DNA of 45,466 nt, taken from assembly GCA_013360215.1 (NCBI GenBank), contig JABWCP010000026.1, positions 1-45,466 of the forward strand, in the 5' to 3' direction. The position numbers and the translations under genes were made by a program. How positions within the stretch are numbered: the stretch's first letter is position 1; the number at the start of each line of letters is the position of its first letter. The DNA is from a bacterium (GTDB lineage Bacteria > CLD3 > SB21). A model generated the notes under the pieces. It did no database searches. It worked only from the letters and a program-made list of their open reading frames with translations, and had not been told where the DNA came from. Below are positions 1 through 10,714 of this stretch, piece after piece.

Positions 1-639
1 ACCAAAGTATCGTTCGGCCATAACTTGCCATGCATCCGGATCGCCATCCCCGGAAATCACGAGCGTCATTTTATTTGATACATATTGCTGTCGGTAATAC
101 GCCATCAAATCATCGCGACCGATACGATCAAGATCATCCCATGAACCGATCACTAAATTTTTATACGGATGGTTTTCATACGCAAGATCAAGTACATGTT
201 CATACAATTTACCCATCGGCGCATCTTCGTAGCGTAAGCGTTTTTCTTCTTTGATGACTTCTTTCTCCGACGTTACCATGTTTTCCGGAAGCGCAAGATT
301 ATAAAACCGATCGGCTTCCATATCTATTACCATTTCCATAGCCGAAAAAGGCACCTGACTGTAATACGCCGTATAATCATGCGAAGTAAAAGCATTTTTA
401 GTACCGCCCAGCCTTTGAATAATCCACGAATTTTCACGCGGTTTAAAGCGGTTCGTACCCATCGAATAGCAGTGTTCCAGATAATGCGATATGCCCGACT
501 GGCCATTTTTTTCGGTGCGGCTGCCGACTTCAAACCAAACCATCACGGTACATATCGGTAAACGATGATCGGCATTGATCAACAGCCGCGAACCGCCGGG
601 TAGCGTAGCACGTCGTATATCAAGGTTAGAACGAGTCAT
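1..639 (-). CDS. M16 family (insulinase/pitrilysin-like) zinc peptidase, 3' end truncated by the window edge
   Basis: Not in the ORF track; translated by hand from ATG at 639: MTRSNLDIRRATLPGG...VWFEVGSRTEKNGQSGISHYLEHCYSMGT...NAFTSHDYTAYY...EKEVIKEEKRLR...HPY...IGSWDDL. Inverted zinc motif HxxEH and NAFT motif present. Confidence 0.9.
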   Translation of the reverse strand, partial: MTRSNLDIRRATLPGGSRLLINADHRLPICTVMVWFEVGSRTEKNGQSGISHYLEHCYSMGTNRFKPRENSWIIQRLGGTKNAFTSHDYTAYYSQVPFSAMEMVIDMEADRFYNLALPENMVTSEKEVIKEEKRLRYEDAPMGKLYEHVLDLAYENHPYKNLVIGSWDDLDRIGRDDLMAYYRQQYVSNKMTLVISGDGDPDAWQVMAERYFG

Positions 640-809
640 AAATTCATTTTATGCTGATGAACATAAACTAAAACACAGAAGTGCAAAAAACGAAGTACGG
701 TAATATTGTAGTATAGCGGAAACTTAAACTGCGCAGTGCGGAGAACAAACACCGCGCAAGAAAGCTGATTTTATTTATAATTTAAAAATTAAAATGAAGC
801 TGTCGTTTT

Positions 810-1805
810 TTAATAAAAACTCAGTCCGAGTCCCCAAAGTTTATTGCCTTTGACCGTAGACCGTAGGATCGAAAAACTTACGCCGTCACCTTCGATCGGT
901 GTCCAATAAAAAATACTTGCCGATGAGGATTGACCGGTAAGGTTATCGGCGATAGTTTCATCTTTTTTCAAAGAGATGCCGCGCAAGTAACCGAAGCGTA
1001 AATAATCATAAACTTTGAAATCGCCACCAAAGGTCATGTAGTGGCCATCCACTTCGCGTGTATATTTACTATACCCGGCTTTGGCGATAATGCGGCGAAA
1101 AAATAAACCAAAGTCAACCGTAGCCATAAAATTTTTAAATGTAGGTTTTCCCGATGTCCAAGAATAGTAACCGGACATGCCTCCTCCGAAAAACTTGTCT
1201 TTGGATTTGGCCAGGGACTTTTCATAATCTCTTTGACGGCGCTTTTCTTCTTCCCGACGCAATTTTTCATCGCCAATACCCAAAAGATTATCCACACGGG
1301 CATCAATTTCCATTTCGTAGCTCATGACATCGAGAATACTCCCTGTTTCCACATCCACGAGTTTGGTGTTAACGAGTATGTATTCTTTCAAAGGTTGATA
1401 CGTACCTACAATGATAACATTGGCGTTGAGTAGCCGGCCGACTTGCACCGATTGATCTTGATTCACATAATCCGATGCGCCGAAATCCTGTTCGCGAATC
1501 ACTTTTTCGAGCGAATTGCGTTCGACCACTTCAAACTGTAGTTTTCCCCGATTTTTCATCAGCGTCAAAACAATTTGATCGTTCACATAATTTTCAAAAA
1601 CATGGTACGTCAAGCTTTCATACGTATCGAGTCGTTCAAAATTAAAGACGCCGATACGCACCGGTGTCGTGGGATCTTTCATGCGATCACGAAGCCTGCG
1701 AATAACCCGTTTACTGGCATTCTCAATCACGTCGTCCAAATCATCTTTCGCAAAAAGAGAAAGCGATGCGGCCAAAAAAATCATGCCGTATTTCAACCAT
1801 TTCAT
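810..1805 (-). CDS. Secreted CsgG/HfaB/FlgO-like domain protein with a C-terminal beta-strand-rich region
   Basis: Signal peptide; motif FEVVERNSLEKVIREQ...VQVGRLLNANVIIVG...KLVDVETG typical of CsgG/FlgO-like domains; charged linker; C-terminus ending GLGLSFY. Confidence 0.7.
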   Translation of the reverse strand: MKWLKYGMIFLAASLSLFAKDDLDDVIENASKRVIRRLRDRMKDPTTPVRIGVFNFERLDTYESLTYHVFENYVNDQIVLTLMKNRGKLQFEVVERNSLEKVIREQDFGASDYVNQDQSVQVGRLLNANVIIVGTYQPLKEYILVNTKLVDVETGSILDVMSYEMEIDARVDNLLGIGDEKLRREEEKRRQRDYEKSLAKSKDKFFGGGMSGYYSWTSGKPTFKNFMATVDFGLFFRRIIAKAGYSKYTREVDGHYMTFGGDFKVYDYLRFGYLRGISLKKDETIADNLTGQSSSASIFYWTPIEGDGVSFSILRSTVKGNKLWGLGLSFY

Positions 1806-1838
1806 AACCCAAAACTCCTCTTAAAAATCCCCAGCCCT

Positions 1839-2516
1839 TCAGCCATGCCATTCGCGCGCTACAAGAGATTCGTTTTTATTAAAATAAATTTTATTAAACT
1901 TAATGATCTCAAAATTGGGACTCAAATCGTAATCACCGGGTACGATTTGTGAAAAATTAACTCCCGGCAAAACAGGAAATCCCACCTGATTGTACGCTTC
2001 AGCGATCAGGCCGGAGCATACTTCATTGGAACCGGAAATATCCCCTAAAAACTCAGTATAATCCACTTTCTTTTTAAAAAAACTGAAAAGTAGGTTACTG
2101 ATATTGATGTGATCGTAACCCCGCCCGACATGTGACATGGCAAAAGAAACTACTTTGTCTATGGCCTCACCGCTCAATCCGAAAGGGCGGCAAACTCGAA
2201 TATTGAGGTGCGCAAGCGCCTCAACCGGATTGACTACCGTTCCCGTTGACGGCAACGGATCAATGATCTTCCCGTCACCCACATAAAGCGCACAATGACT
2301 CCATGTCGAATGGGTCACGGCCATAATAACACGGCTAATCAATTTATTACCTTCAACCAAAATAACATCACCGGGCTTCAGTGCTCGCTTAAGGTTTTCC
2401 ATGTTATTGCGTGTACGTAAGTGATAACTGATAAGATCCCGATTGAGTCTTTCGGCAAGTACCCGTGCGGCTTTTTTCTGGACGGCTTCCCACACCCATA
2501 GCAGAGGGTTTGACAT
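1839..2516 (-). CDS. Permuted papain-like NlpC/P60 enzyme (YiiX/YebB, peptidase C92 family)
   Basis: LKPGDVILV...WSHCALYVG (His before Cys) and CSGLIAEAY catalytic Cys motif. Confidence 0.85.
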   Translation of the reverse strand: MSNPLLWVWEAVQKKAARVLAERLNRDLISYHLRTRNNMENLKRALKPGDVILVEGNKLISRVIMAVTHSTWSHCALYVGDGKIIDPLPSTGTVVNPVEALAHLNIRVCRPFGLSGEAIDKVVSFAMSHVGRGYDHINISNLLFSFFKKKVDYTEFLGDISGSNEVCSGLIAEAYNQVGFPVLPGVNFSQIVPGDYDLSPNFEIIKFNKIYFNKNESLVAREWHG

Positions 2517-2675
2517 TTTTAAAATCCAAACAAGAGTAATACATCACAAAATCCGCTATTATTGTACTTCTTTTGCCTTCCATTTTCAATATCTATGTAG
2601 TTGCATAAAAGTTACGGAATGGATATGTTGTCGGGTCATTTTATCCCTAGCCCACGATAATCAAAGGAGCTTACC

Positions 2676-4712
2676 ATGCCTCAAGTACGTCGCTATTATT
2701 TGATGATCAGTATTTTTTTGTTATTTGGATACACGCTAAAGGCGCAAGGTAAACGCCCAATTACTGCCGACGACTTATGGGCATTTAAGCGTCTGTCGGG
2801 TTTCACCGTGTCGCCCGATAATAGATATGGTTGTTTTGTTGTCACAGACTACAATGTGAAAGAAAACAAAGGTAATTCAGATCTGTATTTGATCGAATTG
2901 GCCACAGGAAAAACAAAACGCCTTACAACCAATGTCGGCAGCGACAACTCGCCTGCATGGCACCCCAACAGTCGAACGATAGCTTTTATTTCCAAACGTG
3001 AAGGCGATTACGCCCAACTTCATCAGATAGACATTGACGGCGGCGAAGCCTCCTTGATCACAGAGATGCCGATGGGAGCCGCCGCTCCGAAATTTTTTCC
3101 TGACGGAAAACGCATTGCTTTCGTGAGTACGATATTGCCCGCGTATGAAAATGATTTTGACGGGATGAAAAAAAATTTGAAAGAACGCAAAGATTCCAAA
3201 ATGTCGGCTAAAGTGTCTGAAAATCGTTTTTTCCGTTATTGGGATACATGGCTGACAGACGGTTATGTCCCGCATTTATACAGTTATCACATCGAAACTA
3301 AAGAACGCAAAGACCTCACACCGGGGCTCAATGCGTTGGTCAGTTCCGATGGCTCTTTGGATTACGATATCAGCCCGGACGGTCAATGGATAACTTTTAC
3401 CCGTAATAGTTCTCATCCTCCCTACGCACAGCTCAACAGCGATGTTTTTCTCTTTAAGGTCGGCGAATACGCTTCGGCCGTTAATATCACGGCAGATAAT
3501 CTCGATGATGACGGCGGTGCGGTTTTTTCCAAAGACGGTAAATCGTTGTGGTATAGCCGTTCGTTTGAGAAAAATCATCCCGATCTGAGCCATGTCGTCC
3601 GCTATGATCTGACATCAAAAGAACATAAAGTCATAACCGATAAAATGGATCGCAGTTTCGGTTCCTACACGGAGTCCGATAATAAAAAAGACTGGTACTT
3701 TGTAGCGGAAGACATGGGGCGTACGTCCGTATATAACTACAATACGCAAAACCAGAAAATTGAAAAAATATTCACCGAAGGCGGCATGGCCAATATGAAT
3801 GTGGGCGCCGACAAACTTTGGTTCTTACGCACAAGTATTTCATCCCCTGCTGAAATCTGGGAATATAATTTCAAAACCAAAAAAGCCGGAGCGGTAACGT
3901 CGTTTAACAAATCGCTTTTGGATTCTTTGGATTTCGGTAAAACGGAATCGCTCACTTTCAAAGGCGCGGACAATGACGATGTCCAGATGTACGTAGTTTA
4001 CCCTCCAAATTTTGATCCGAACAAAAAATATCCTCTGGTTCATATGATTCACGGCGGCCCCCATGGTGCCTTTGGCGATGACTGGAGTTACCGCTGGAAC
4101 GCGCATGCCTTTGCCGCGCCGGGTTATGTCGTAGCTTTGATCAATTTTCACGGCTCGACCGGTTTCGGTAAATCCTTTATGAAATCCATCGTCGGTGCAC
4201 ACGGAGATAAGCCATTTACCGACATTATGCGCGGTACGGATTATTTGCTGCAAAAATACAGCTTTCTCGACAGCACACGTATGGCGGCCAGCGGCGGAAG
4301 TTACGGCGGATATCTAGTCAATTGGATTGCCGGCCATACCAATCGCTTCAAATGCCTCATCAGCCATGCCGGCGTATATAACCTGATGGGCCAATTTGCC
4401 TCCGATGTGACTTTTGATCGTGTTATCAATTATGACGGATCACCTTGGGCCGGTCGTTACGAACAAATCAACCGTTGGAGCCCGGCTTTTTTTGCTCATA
4501 ATTTTTCAACACCTATGTTGATTATTCATGGCGAAAAAGATTATCGCGTCGTCGTCACTCAGGGTATTGAAATATACGGTGTACTTACGGGTAAAGGCGT
4601 TCCCGCGCGTCTCGTGTACTATCCCAATGAAAACCACTGGATTTTGCAGCCGCAAAATTCCATTTATTGGAACAAAGAAGTGCGCGATTGGTTCGCACGT
4701 TGGTTGAAATAA
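2676..4712 (+). CDS. S9 family (prolyl oligopeptidase / dipeptidyl aminopeptidase-like) secreted peptidase
   Basis: Signal peptide, beta-propeller (PD40-like) repeats, IHGGPHG, nucleophile GGSYGG, HGEKDYRV (Asp), ENHW (His); AAGGAG at 2664-2669. Confidence 0.95.
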   Translation: MPQVRRYYLMISIFLLFGYTLKAQGKRPITADDLWAFKRLSGFTVSPDNRYGCFVVTDYNVKENKGNSDLYLIELATGKTKRLTTNVGSDNSPAWHPNSRTIAFISKREGDYAQLHQIDIDGGEASLITEMPMGAAAPKFFPDGKRIAFVSTILPAYENDFDGMKKNLKERKDSKMSAKVSENRFFRYWDTWLTDGYVPHLYSYHIETKERKDLTPGLNALVSSDGSLDYDISPDGQWITFTRNSSHPPYAQLNSDVFLFKVGEYASAVNITADNLDDDGGAVFSKDGKSLWYSRSFEKNHPDLSHVVRYDLTSKEHKVITDKMDRSFGSYTESDNKKDWYFVAEDMGRTSVYNYNTQNQKIEKIFTEGGMANMNVGADKLWFLRTSISSPAEIWEYNFKTKKAGAVTSFNKSLLDSLDFGKTESLTFKGADNDDVQMYVVYPPNFDPNKKYPLVHMIHGGPHGAFGDDWSYRWNAHAFAAPGYVVALINFHGSTGFGKSFMKSIVGAHGDKPFTDIMRGTDYLLQKYSFLDSTRMAASGGSYGGYLVNWIAGHTNRFKCLISHAGVYNLMGQFASDVTFDRVINYDGSPWAGRYEQINRWSPAFFAHNFSTPMLIIHGEKDYRVVVTQGIEIYGVLTGKGVPARLVYYPNENHWILQPQNSIYWNKEVRDWFARWLK

Positions 4713-4782
4713 ACATTTCATATAATTATAGCACAAAAGGTCAAACGACTACGTTTGACCTTTATTTTTTTACTTCATCACT

Positions 4783-6906
4783 ATGCTGCCTGTACTTACA
4801 AACGAAGAATTATCCCAACTGCCCCCGGACGGTGGCACTGAATATAACCGGCTAATTTTTGAAAAAAGCCCCTACCTGCTCCAACACGCACGTAATCCTG
4901 TAAAGTGGTGGTCATGGTGTGACGAAGCGTTTGAAACAGCACGCGCCGAAGATAAGCCTGTTTTTTTATCCATCGGTTATGCGACATGCCACTGGTGCCA
5001 TGTAATGGAACATGAATCGTTTGAAGATGCCGAAATTGCCTCAGCGATGAACGCATCGTTTATCTGCGTCAAAGTAGATCGCGAAGAAAGGCCCGACATT
5101 GACCATGTCTATATGGCCGTCACGCAAGCCATGACAGGTCATGGCGGATGGCCGATGACGGTACTGATGACATGGGATAAAAAACCTTTTTTTACCGGAA
5201 CGTACTTTCCCAAACGCAGCCGGCACGGCCGCATCGGCATGAATGATCTGATCAAAGCTATCAACGACGCGTGGCTGCACCGTAAAGACGATGTTTTGAC
5301 CAATGCCCGTCAAATCGTTGAATCTGTATCAAAAGCCGAAGCAAGCGAGCCTAAGCCCTTACGTACGGTGATCGTGTCGGAAGCGGTGGAGATGTTTAAA
5401 AACCAATTTGATCAGCGTTATGCAGGTTTCGGAAATGCGCCCAAATTTCCCACACCACATAACATATCTTTTTTACTACGATATTATCATACCACGCATG
5501 ATGCGGACGTCCTCCAAATGGTCGTACGAACATTGGACGCTATGCGATGGGGTGGTATTTATGATCATATCGGATTTGGATTTCACCGCTACTCCACCGA
5601 TGCACGATGGTTTTTACCGCATTTTGAAAAAATGCTCTACGATCAGGCTTTAACGGCTATCGCCTACACCGAAGCCTATCAAGTGACCGGATATGCTCGA
5701 TTTAAAGAAACAGCACAGAATATTTTGGAGTATGTACTACGCGACATGGAAGCGCCGGACGGCGGATTTTATTCGGCCGAAGATGCCGACAGCGAGGGTG
5801 AAGAGGGAAAATTTTATTTATGGACGTTCAGTGAAATCGAGACCATACTTGGAACTAAAGACGCTGAATTATTTGCAAAGGTATATAACCTGGATCGAGA
5901 TGGTAATTATTATGATGAAGCCACACGCGAGCCCAATGGGTCGAACATCATATTTTTGACCAAAGAATGGTCAGAGATCTCGACCGAAACCGGAATTACT
6001 GAACATGCATTGCGTGAACAACTAAACCTAATGCGAAAAAAACTGCTTGAAGTACGCTCACGTCGCACGCGGCCTTTAAAAGACGATAAGATTCTTACGG
6101 ATTGGAATGGCTTGATGGTTGCCGCATTATGCAAGGCCGCTCAGGTTTTTGACGACGCAACCTATGTACATGCCGCGATGCGTGCCGAACATTTTATCCG
6201 CACGCGTATGATGACGAAGGATGGTCACCTGTATAAACGTCATCGTCTGGGTGAATCCGGATTACCGGCTCATTTGGACGACTACGCGTTTTGGATATGG
6301 GGATTGATTGAACTTGTGGAAACTACGGGCGAAGTACAATTTCTAAAAGAAGCGCGACGATTAACAACTATCGTGATTGATGAATTTGAAGATCGCGACA
6401 ACGGCGGATTTTATTTTACCTCGCAATACGGTGAATCCTTGATCCGCCGTGCTAAAGAACTATACGACGGCGCAATACCTTCCGGTAACTCCGTAATGCT
6501 ATCCAATCTGTACCGTATGAGCCGCTTGCTGCACGAACCGGCTTTAGCCGAAAAAGCAGAACGTATCGGTTTATCATTCGCCGATACCATTCATCGCATG
6601 CCTATGGCGTATGCACAATTTTTGAGCGGATGGGATCGACTGCACCAAGCGCCGATGGAGATCATTATCACGGGAACAAAAGGCAACGCTATATTTCAGG
6701 CTATGTCAACTTTGGCACATCACACATACCATGCGAACAAAACTTTAATCATCAAATCATCGGATGCGTGGGATGATTTGTCACCTCAGTATAAAAATTA
6801 TCCGAACAATTCAGATAATGCTAAAGCCTATGTATGCCGCGATTTTCATTGTGAGGCACCGACAGCGACGGCAGAAGAATTTAGGAATCTATTAAATATG
6901 CATTAA
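4783..6906 (+). CDS. Thioredoxin domain-containing protein, YyaL/SSP411 family (DUF255 plus alpha/alpha barrel)
   Basis: [66 protein letters not shown]. Confidence 0.95.
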   Translation: MLPVLTNEELSQLPPDGGTEYNRLIFEKSPYLLQHARNPVKWWSWCDEAFETARAEDKPVFLSIGYATCHWCHVMEHESFEDAEIASAMNASFICVKVDREERPDIDHVYMAVTQAMTGHGGWPMTVLMTWDKKPFFTGTYFPKRSRHGRIGMNDLIKAINDAWLHRKDDVLTNARQIVESVSKAEASEPKPLRTVIVSEAVEMFKNQFDQRYAGFGNAPKFPTPHNISFLLRYYHTTHDADVLQMVVRTLDAMRWGGIYDHIGFGFHRYSTDARWFLPHFEKMLYDQALTAIAYTEAYQVTGYARFKETAQNILEYVLRDMEAPDGGFYSAEDADSEGEEGKFYLWTFSEIETILGTKDAELFAKVYNLDRDGNYYDEATREPNGSNIIFLTKEWSEISTETGITEHALREQLNLMRKKLLEVRSRRTRPLKDDKILTDWNGLMVAALCKAAQVFDDATYVHAAMRAEHFIRTRMMTKDGHLYKRHRLGESGLPAHLDDYAFWIWGLIELVETTGEVQFLKEARRLTTIVIDEFEDRDNGGFYFTSQYGESLIRRAKELYDGAIPSGNSVMLSNLYRMSRLLHEPALAEKAERIGLSFADTIHRMPMAYAQFLSGWDRLHQAPMEIIITGTKGNAIFQAMSTLAHHTYHANKTLIIKSSDAWDDLSPQYKNYPNNSDNAKAYVCRDFHCEAPTATAEEFRNLLNMH

Positions 6907-7185
6907 CTCAAGCACGTCAAAACACGAATTAATCAAAAAAGATACACGCTATTTCTTGTTGATAGATTCAAATTATATCTCCAAATCATGTACATGAGCA
7001 TGTATATAGTATAATAATTACAACGCTTCCCCACCAACCATACACACTGCGCTTTCAACAAGCGATTTTAATTTATCATTGAGCAAATGCTGTTATAGCA
7101 ATTATTATCAATAATTATGAATCAACTTTTTACGCCAAATCGGCTACACATATTGACGTTGAAAGCGAAGCAATACTATCAACTT

Positions 7186-8361
7186 TTATTTACTTAATAC
7201 ATCAGTCGGTAATTTAACTCTATTAATTACGACATTAAGTTTATCGGCACCAACGGCCGTGCCTTTCGGAATTGCACCACCTATCAAATCAAAGACATTA
7301 TCACGTCGTACGATCGAATAACCTAGGCTGTAGGTACTGTCATTATACGTGTTCATATCCATTTCTGAACCATCTTCTATCTTTACGATTACTGAAAAAG
7401 CCTGTGTCATTCGAACTCTTGTATCAATGAATCCGCCTATCAACGCTGCGTTATCATTAATCGCAACTATACAACTACTTTCATTATTTTTGCTTGTGTA
7501 ATAATTCTGCGCCCAACTCACATCTCCGATAGCATTGGTCTTAACAGCGAACGTTGACGTCGAGCCCACCACAGTACTAACACGAGCTCGCCCGGCAAAA
7601 ATAAAACCGCCATCCGGTAATACGATCACGCTTCGTGCCTCAGATACAGATCCGGCCGCATAAACTCTACTCCACACTTCTTCTCCATCTGAAGTTATCT
7701 GAGTAAGTGATGCCTGATAAGGTGTTTGACCGTCAGAGCGGTTTCCGGCTATTATGTATCCTCCATTGGCCAACGCTTGTATATCACGCCCCGCATCCGC
7801 ATAAACCTGACCTATCGTCCGTTGCCAAATCAGGCTTCCGTCTTGGCCTATTTTAACTAAAAACATATCTCCTCCTCCCGCTCCAAAACTTAACGTTGTT
7901 CCGAGCGCCATGATCGCACCATCCTCCGCCTGCGCCAGCGCCCGACCCTCGTCCGTATTCCGCCCCCCAAATGTTCTTGACCACAACACTTCACCTCTTT
8001 CATTCATCTTCACTACCAACATGTCCGTATTAAAAGCCGAATATTCCACGCTCCCAATGGCTACTATAGATCGATCTTTCAATTCCATCACGTCATAACA
8101 TTTATCAATCGTATGTCCACCAATAGTTTTTGCCCACAGCCTACGATTATCTTTATCAAACTTCATAAATAGCATCTCTTGATTGTCTCGGATACTCGTT
8201 GTCGTTCCGCCGATAACCATGCCTCCGTCAAAAGTTGCAGTAGAGGATACGGCATATTCGTCTTTACCAAAATCAATCATTGTCTCTTTTTGGATTGTCT
8301 TTACTTCCTCACAGGACAATATGATCGTTATAATCATTCCTATTATTATATGATTCTTCAT
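7186..8361 (-). CDS. Hypothetical lipoprotein with beta-propeller repeats
   Basis: Lipobox-like IILSC; repeated 'DGG.VI.G...D..L.K.D..G...W..T.GG' units; AAGGAG upstream; directly follows the TonB-dependent receptor. Confidence 0.75.
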   Translation of the reverse strand: MKNHIIIGMIITIILSCEEVKTIQKETMIDFGKDEYAVSSTATFDGGMVIGGTTTSIRDNQEMLFMKFDKDNRRLWAKTIGGHTIDKCYDVMELKDRSIVAIGSVEYSAFNTDMLVVKMNERGEVLWSRTFGGRNTDEGRALAQAEDGAIMALGTTLSFGAGGGDMFLVKIGQDGSLIWQRTIGQVYADAGRDIQALANGGYIIAGNRSDGQTPYQASLTQITSDGEEVWSRVYAAGSVSEARSVIVLPDGGFIFAGRARVSTVVGSTSTFAVKTNAIGDVSWAQNYYTSKNNESSCIVAINDNAALIGGFIDTRVRMTQAFSVIVKIEDGSEMDMNTYNDSTYSLGYSIVRRDNVFDLIGGAIPKGTAVGADKLNVVINRVKLPTDVLSK

Positions 8362-8372
8362 TGTCGTTCTCC

Positions 8373-10679
8373 TTACTTCGTGCGTGGTAAACTAAACTCC
8401 ATGCTAATTCCAAGCGAAAAGAATCTAGGAAAATACTCCTGATCTTCGACCGTAAAAGGTGCAAGCGTACCATCGCTTTTTACATGGCGTTTCCATGCGC
8501 GCTGTCGAACATTTTTATGATCCGTAATGTTGATTATACTCCCATACGCAACGAAATTCATCTGCCCTGTCACCCATTTTTTGTCAATGCGCAGATCAAC
8601 CGTGTAAAAAGTCGGAAGACGGCCGCTATTCTTCGTTTGCGTTTGATAATAGACCTTACTGTTTTCCACTGTGCCATCACCTATGATTTTTACATTACTC
8701 GGCGTATAAGGATCTCCACTGCGCACTCTAAACATTCCGGAAAAGTTCACCATTTTCCCCAAGTCAATAATATTATTTACTGTTAGCATATGCGTTCGAT
8801 CGAGGTCACGATACGTCTCAAAATCATTCTCATCTCGTATGTGGCTCGTGCCCAGTGAATAGGCAATGCTTACTAAGTTTTGCGTCTTGTACTTATGCTT
8901 GATTAGCAGATCAATTCCGGTTGCAAATCCTGTTCGAGTTTGATACGGCTTATCCACAACCCCTACACCTTCGATGCGATTTGAAAAATCAAATGTAAAA
9001 TCATCGAATAAAACCGGATAATCTTTATAATACCCGTCTAAGGTCATGCTTGTATTATCATCGTATTGATATAACAAAGATGCAATGTAATGAATACTTT
9101 TTTCAGGCTTTTTGTTTGGAAGGTGTTGATTGTCATAGGTTCGTAATTTTTGAAAGTTATCAGGCTGGTAATACCATCCATAAGCAAAACGCAAGGTCAT
9201 GGCTTCGGTTATATCGTGGCTTAGCGCCGCACGCGGGGAAATTTGAAATCCCGTGCTATAACTTTGCGTAGAACCCCTCACCCCTATAAGAAAGGAGGTC
9301 CTATCCGTAAACTTATGTGTGTTTTGAAGATAACCGGCCCCTGTATATCCTGAAAACTTGCTGTCAACAAAAATGATGTCGGTTGATACGACGATAGGCG
9401 TAGTTTCTGTCGGGTCTAATCTGAATTCACGGTAATAGTAATCACTCCAGAACTGATTAAACTCACCTCCAAATTCGACGATATTTTTCTTGTTTAGTTT
9501 CCAAAAATGATCTTGCTTGGCCGTAATCAAGTGTGTACTACGTGTATCGCGGTTGTCGTCAGTAAAACTGCCATCAAAAGAAAAGGATGCGGCTTTATCC
9601 AAATGTTGGTAACCGACAGTTGTCGAAAAGAAACGATCATCATTCGTGTAGTGATACCAATTTAACCATGTGTAATAATTAGTCTTATTGCTTTTAAAAA
9701 ACTCGTTTCGAATAATTTTAGAGTCTTTTTTATATGATATTTTATCACTTAATACCATATAATTTAGCGATAGTTTGTTTTTGGAGTCTGCTTTGTAGTC
9801 TACTTTGGACCAAAAGTCCCATACTATAGCAGGAAAATTATTGTCAATCGCATTCTCAAGAAGAAAAAGGTAACTTCTGCGGCCACTGATGAAAACATTG
9901 GTCCGATCATTAATGCGCTGATGAATGGCTGCCGAAGCATTGCTAAAATCTATGGTCGCCTTAATCGAGTCATCCTGAATCTGGTCTACGGTGTTAATAA
10001 AAAGAACACCGGACATACGATCACTGTATTTCGGCGCAAAACCTCCGGTTAGAACCTTCATGCTTTTCACAAGATCGGAACTTATAACACTGTAAGGTCC
10101 GTCAATTTCTTCAAGATGAAATGGTTCACGAATTTCGAGATTATCAATAATAACCGCCGTCTCATCCGGATTACCGCCTTTGACGTGCGGCTTAGAACTC
10201 CACTCACTATTAGAAATACCGGGAACCGTCTGTAATGTACGGTAAACATCTTTACTGAAAACTTGTACAGAATTCATAATTTCCTGTGTTGTTACCGTCG
10301 ATGATGCCCCTTCATCTATGGACATTTCCGTCACGCCGGGCGTGATCTCCTGCGCTTCGAAAACGATCGCTTGCTCCTCCATCTTAATGGGAAAGTTAAT
10401 ATCCTTGAAAAGCTGCACTTTGCGCGTCACACGCTTATAGCCTACACGCGTGAGTACAAGTGTGTAATAGCCTTTCTTAAGATCTTTGATTGCAAAATAA
10501 CCGGCTGTGTCTGTGAGAGTGCCTTTTTGAATTTCCTGAACGTACACATTGACCGATGGCATAGGACGCCCCGTGTAGAGATCTTTGACTGTTCCATCCA
10601 ATGAAAATGTCACTTGTGCTGAAAGAGAAAAAATACCCACAAGCAGAAACAACCCCGAAAGACTTAAACGATAGATCAT
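8373..10679 (-). CDS. TonB-dependent outer membrane receptor with N-terminal carboxypeptidase-regulatory-like domain
   Basis: Signal peptide; GTVKD..TG.P...VNV...GTLTD..GYF; plug motif DVYRTLQTVPGI...VKGGNPDE...TGGFAPKYSDRMSGVL; barrel C-terminus RLP...DLRIDK...NITDHKN...PRFFSLG. Confidence 0.9.
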   Translation of the reverse strand: MIYRLSLSGLFLLVGIFSLSAQVTFSLDGTVKDLYTGRPMPSVNVYVQEIQKGTLTDTAGYFAIKDLKKGYYTLVLTRVGYKRVTRKVQLFKDINFPIKMEEQAIVFEAQEITPGVTEMSIDEGASSTVTTQEIMNSVQVFSKDVYRTLQTVPGISNSEWSSKPHVKGGNPDETAVIIDNLEIREPFHLEEIDGPYSVISSDLVKSMKVLTGGFAPKYSDRMSGVLFINTVDQIQDDSIKATIDFSNASAAIHQRINDRTNVFISGRRSYLFLLENAIDNNFPAIVWDFWSKVDYKADSKNKLSLNYMVLSDKISYKKDSKIIRNEFFKSNKTNYYTWLNWYHYTNDDRFFSTTVGYQHLDKAASFSFDGSFTDDNRDTRSTHLITAKQDHFWKLNKKNIVEFGGEFNQFWSDYYYREFRLDPTETTPIVVSTDIIFVDSKFSGYTGAGYLQNTHKFTDRTSFLIGVRGSTQSYSTGFQISPRAALSHDITEAMTLRFAYGWYYQPDNFQKLRTYDNQHLPNKKPEKSIHYIASLLYQYDDNTSMTLDGYYKDYPVLFDDFTFDFSNRIEGVGVVDKPYQTRTGFATGIDLLIKHKYKTQNLVSIAYSLGTSHIRDENDFETYRDLDRTHMLTVNNIIDLGKMVNFSGMFRVRSGDPYTPSNVKIIGDGTVENSKVYYQTQTKNSGRLPTFYTVDLRIDKKWVTGQMNFVAYGSIINITDHKNVRQRAWKRHVKSDGTLAPFTVEDQEYFPRFFSLGISMEFSLPRTK

Positions 10680-10714
10680 GCGTACCTCCGTTGTTATGAC
10701 ATTATATCTTAAGC

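Noticed and set aside
30-561. Short ORFs 30-254, 327-533 and 379-561
   Set aside because: Alternative frames over the M16 peptidase gene at 1-639.
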